In this document: positions 46,740-48,777 of the stretch, in pieces
How the letters are laid out: every line of letters begins with the position of its first letter
How positions within the stretch are numbered: the stretch's first letter is position 1
NCBI GenBank assembly: GCA_030587475.2
Contig: JAUQYZ020000065.1
Coordinates: 1-48,777 of the forward strand
Source of the DNA: Candidatus Sigynarchaeum calidifontis
Lineage (GTDB): Archaea; Asgardarchaeota; Lokiarchaeia; Sigyniarchaeales; Sigyniarchaeaceae
DNA length: 48,777 nucleotides
Reading direction: 5' to 3'
Program-made: the position numbers and the translations under genes
The notes under the pieces: generated by a model
Told to the model about the DNA's origin: nothing
Seen by the model: only the letters and a program-made list of their open reading frames with translations
Database searches by the model: none

Positions 46740-48777
46740 ATGGTCCTAGCGAATCGAAAATGCAAGGCTATAATGCTCTTGGCATGCGTGTTGGCGATGA
46801 ATTCCTATATCACGGCCTATCCCGCCGTGCAACGCGACGAAGCGACAGGCCATGCACCAGAAACCCTCCGAATCGATCCGGCCTTGTTACAATCCTTCCA
46901 GAAAGGGAATCCAGGCGATTATCTCCCGGTCATAATCACGTTTAACGCGCACACCTACCGCGGCGATAGCGACGCTTTCTTGCAAGCGATGGCCGGTTCT
47001 GGCTTCGTGCTCACGCACCGGTTCTCGATCATCCCGGCGATCTCGGGCAGGATGCGCGTACGGGATCTCGGAATTGTAGAATCGCTGTCTAAAACTATCT
47101 CGTTCCGAGTTTGCGAGAACGAAAACCTCTCCATCCAGATCTCAACCCACGTGCCGGACAGCTGTGCCAACACCAACCTGGCCATCGAACCTTGCCAGGT
47201 AGCTAACTGGTGGCATGGGATGATCGGCCGGAACCAGTCGCTCGTCTCGAGTCTTAACCTCAGCGCGATCAAGGTCGGCGTGCTGGATACCGGGGTCGGA
47301 TTCGTGCGGAGCGGCGCATACGCGGTGCATTCCGATCTCGCGGGCAGCATCGCCGAGAGCGTCAACTTCGCGTCCGGTACGGATCCGGCCGACGTGTACG
47401 ATTGGTACGGGCACGGCACCCACGTTGCTGGCATCATCGCTGGTTCAGGGGCCGCTTCCGGGCAAGTATATGCAGGCATCGCGCATGGTGTCAAGATCTA
47501 CAATATCAAGGTGCTCAACGCGAGTGGATCCGGGTTGGAGGAGGACATCATCCTCGGCCTGGAATACGCAGTCAATAAAAGCCTTGACATCGTCAACCTA
47601 AGTCTCGGTGGGGGGAATCCGGACCCGCTCGACCCGCAAAGCATGGCCATCAAGAGTGCGACTGAACAAGGCGTGCTCGTCGTCATTGCAAATGGAAACG
47701 ATGGACCAGGGTATTTCACCGTTACATCTCCCGCTGCAGCCGTCGGTGCGATCTCGGTGGGCGCGGTGAATCAAGATAGAAAAGTGACCGATTTTAGTAG
47801 CCAAGGACCGAGCATGGGTAGGATTTTCAAGCCGGACGTGGTCGCGCCCGGCGAAGGGATCGTGTCCACGCTCGGTTCCAACTCGTTCATCCAGAAATAT
47901 TATGGCTACTTCGAACTCACGAGGTCAGGCACGACCACTACCGATAACGACTACGTCGCGCTCGACGGGACGAGCATGGCAACGCCCATGGTGGTCGGCG
48001 CTGCTGCCATCATCCTGGCAAAATACCGCAACTATGACCTTCCTCCCGCCGTCGTGGCAACCAGCTTGCTCGAGAGCGCTGGTGACCTTGGATACGACAC
48101 GTGCACGCAAGGCATGGGGCTCATCAACATCACGGGGGCGATCGCCTTCCTGGAGTCTGTCAAGTCGCAAAATAATCTCACCCACCTTGCGCGGATATTT
48201 CCAAAGAGCCTACCATATGCGCCGTACGACATCATCGATTTTCCAGGCCAGAAAAGCGACGTTTTGGTCAAGATATTGCACCACGGGACGAGCGATGTCC
48301 ACCTCGACACGACCGGGATCCCCGCCGGCGTGCAGCTCACGGTTAGCCCAAACACGACCACCTTAAACAGCTCTGTCGGGGTCACGTTCCTCAACGTGTC
48401 GATCTCCACAAGTTTCGATGCCATGCCGGGAAATTACACCATGAGCTTGTCCTTGAAAAATGCTTCGGAGGCGATCTTGGACAACGTGACTGTCAAGTTC
48501 ACGCTACACGCACCGAAACTCAAGGTCTATCTCGACTCGTATCACTCGCTCGAAGATTCATTCCCGCGCACTTTCCCGATGTCCCGTTTTGCGATGGATT
48601 ATTACCCCTACATCAAGTACCTGGCCGACCAAGGCATCCAGGTCGACACGAGCATGGAGTATTGGACCCCCGGATACAACGCGAGCAAGCAAAAAACCCC
48701 GTTCGTCGATTCCTTTCTCAGCAAGTATGACATGGTCATCATACCCCCGTTAAAGTCAGACTTGTTCCAAGCGGAAT
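46740..48777 (+). CDS. Secreted S8 (subtilisin-like) serine protease, 3'-truncated by the window edge and absent from the ORF track
   Basis: Hand translation from ATG 46740 (MVLANRKCKAIMLLACVLAM...) gives a signal peptide and propeptide, then VLDTG, HGTHVAG, ANGNDG and GTSMATP (Ser 47973-47975). The motifs and the terminal segment fall in the same frame. Confidence 0.92.
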   Translation, partial: MVLANRKCKAIMLLACVLAMNSYITAYPAVQRDEATGHAPETLRIDPALLQSFQKGNPGDYLPVIITFNAHTYRGDSDAFLQAMAGSGFVLTHRFSIIPAISGRMRVRDLGIVESLSKTISFRVCENENLSIQISTHVPDSCANTNLAIEPCQVANWWHGMIGRNQSLVSSLNLSAIKVGVLDTGVGFVRSGAYAVHSDLAGSIAESVNFASGTDPADVYDWYGHGTHVAGIIAGSGAASGQVYAGIAHGVKIYNIKVLNASGSGLEEDIILGLEYAVNKSLDIVNLSLGGGNPDPLDPQSMAIKSATEQGVLVVIANGNDGPGYFTVTSPAAAVGAISVGAVNQDRKVTDFSSQGPSMGRIFKPDVVAPGEGIVSTLGSNSFIQKYYGYFELTRSGTTTTDNDYVALDGTSMATPMVVGAAAIILAKYRNYDLPPAVVATSLLESAGDLGYDTCTQGMGLINITGAIAFLESVKSQNNLTHLARIFPKSLPYAPYDIIDFPGQKSDVLVKILHHGTSDVHLDTTGIPAGVQLTVSPNTTTLNSSVGVTFLNVSISTSFDAMPGNYTMSLSLKNASEAILDNVTVKFTLHAPKLKVYLDSYHSLEDSFPRTFPMSRFAMDYYPYIKYLADQGIQVDTSMEYWTPGYNASKQKTPFVDSFLSKYDMVIIPPLKSDLFQAE

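Noticed and set aside
1-48777. tRNA, rRNA, CRISPR array, IS element/integrase, genome-wide stop-codon reassignment
   Set aside because: No signatures were found by eye, and TAA, TGA and TAG all terminate well-supported genes.

Overview
Gene-dense archaeal chromosomal window. It is inferred to come from an Asgard archaeon (Lokiarchaeia-like), based on a Rab-like small GTPase, a short histone-fold gene, two MFS proteins with C-terminal longin-like domains, CPxC...CxH zinc-ribbon proteins, TATA-like boxes and oligo-T terminators. About 45 CDSs are supported. They include a 1418-aa surface protein, a HerA-like ATPase, a flippase fusion, DUF2156, M48/M18/S8/CPBP peptidases, a cold-shock protein, a sulfatase, PHP, GH57, a glutamine amidotransferase, thioredoxin, an FAD oxidoreductase, an Ogl-like propeller, a response regulator and a GPH transporter. 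I saw no rRNA, tRNA, CRISPR array, transposase or integrase. The most interesting observations are: (1) a membrane-anchored protein whose N-terminal 95 aa resemble the eukaryotic modifier UFM1 and end in DVKRG, set head-to-head with a HerA-like ATPase; (2) two MFS-longin fusions that are candidate transceptors; (3) a small ORF behind a strong RBS that reads Met-Gly-UGA-Cys with SECIS-like hairpins downstream, followed by a gene split by an in-frame TAG; (4) a subtilase with Site-1-protease-like architecture; (5) a flippase plus DUF2156 pair that resembles a split MprF. All family calls come from motif recognition by eye. No database searches were run.
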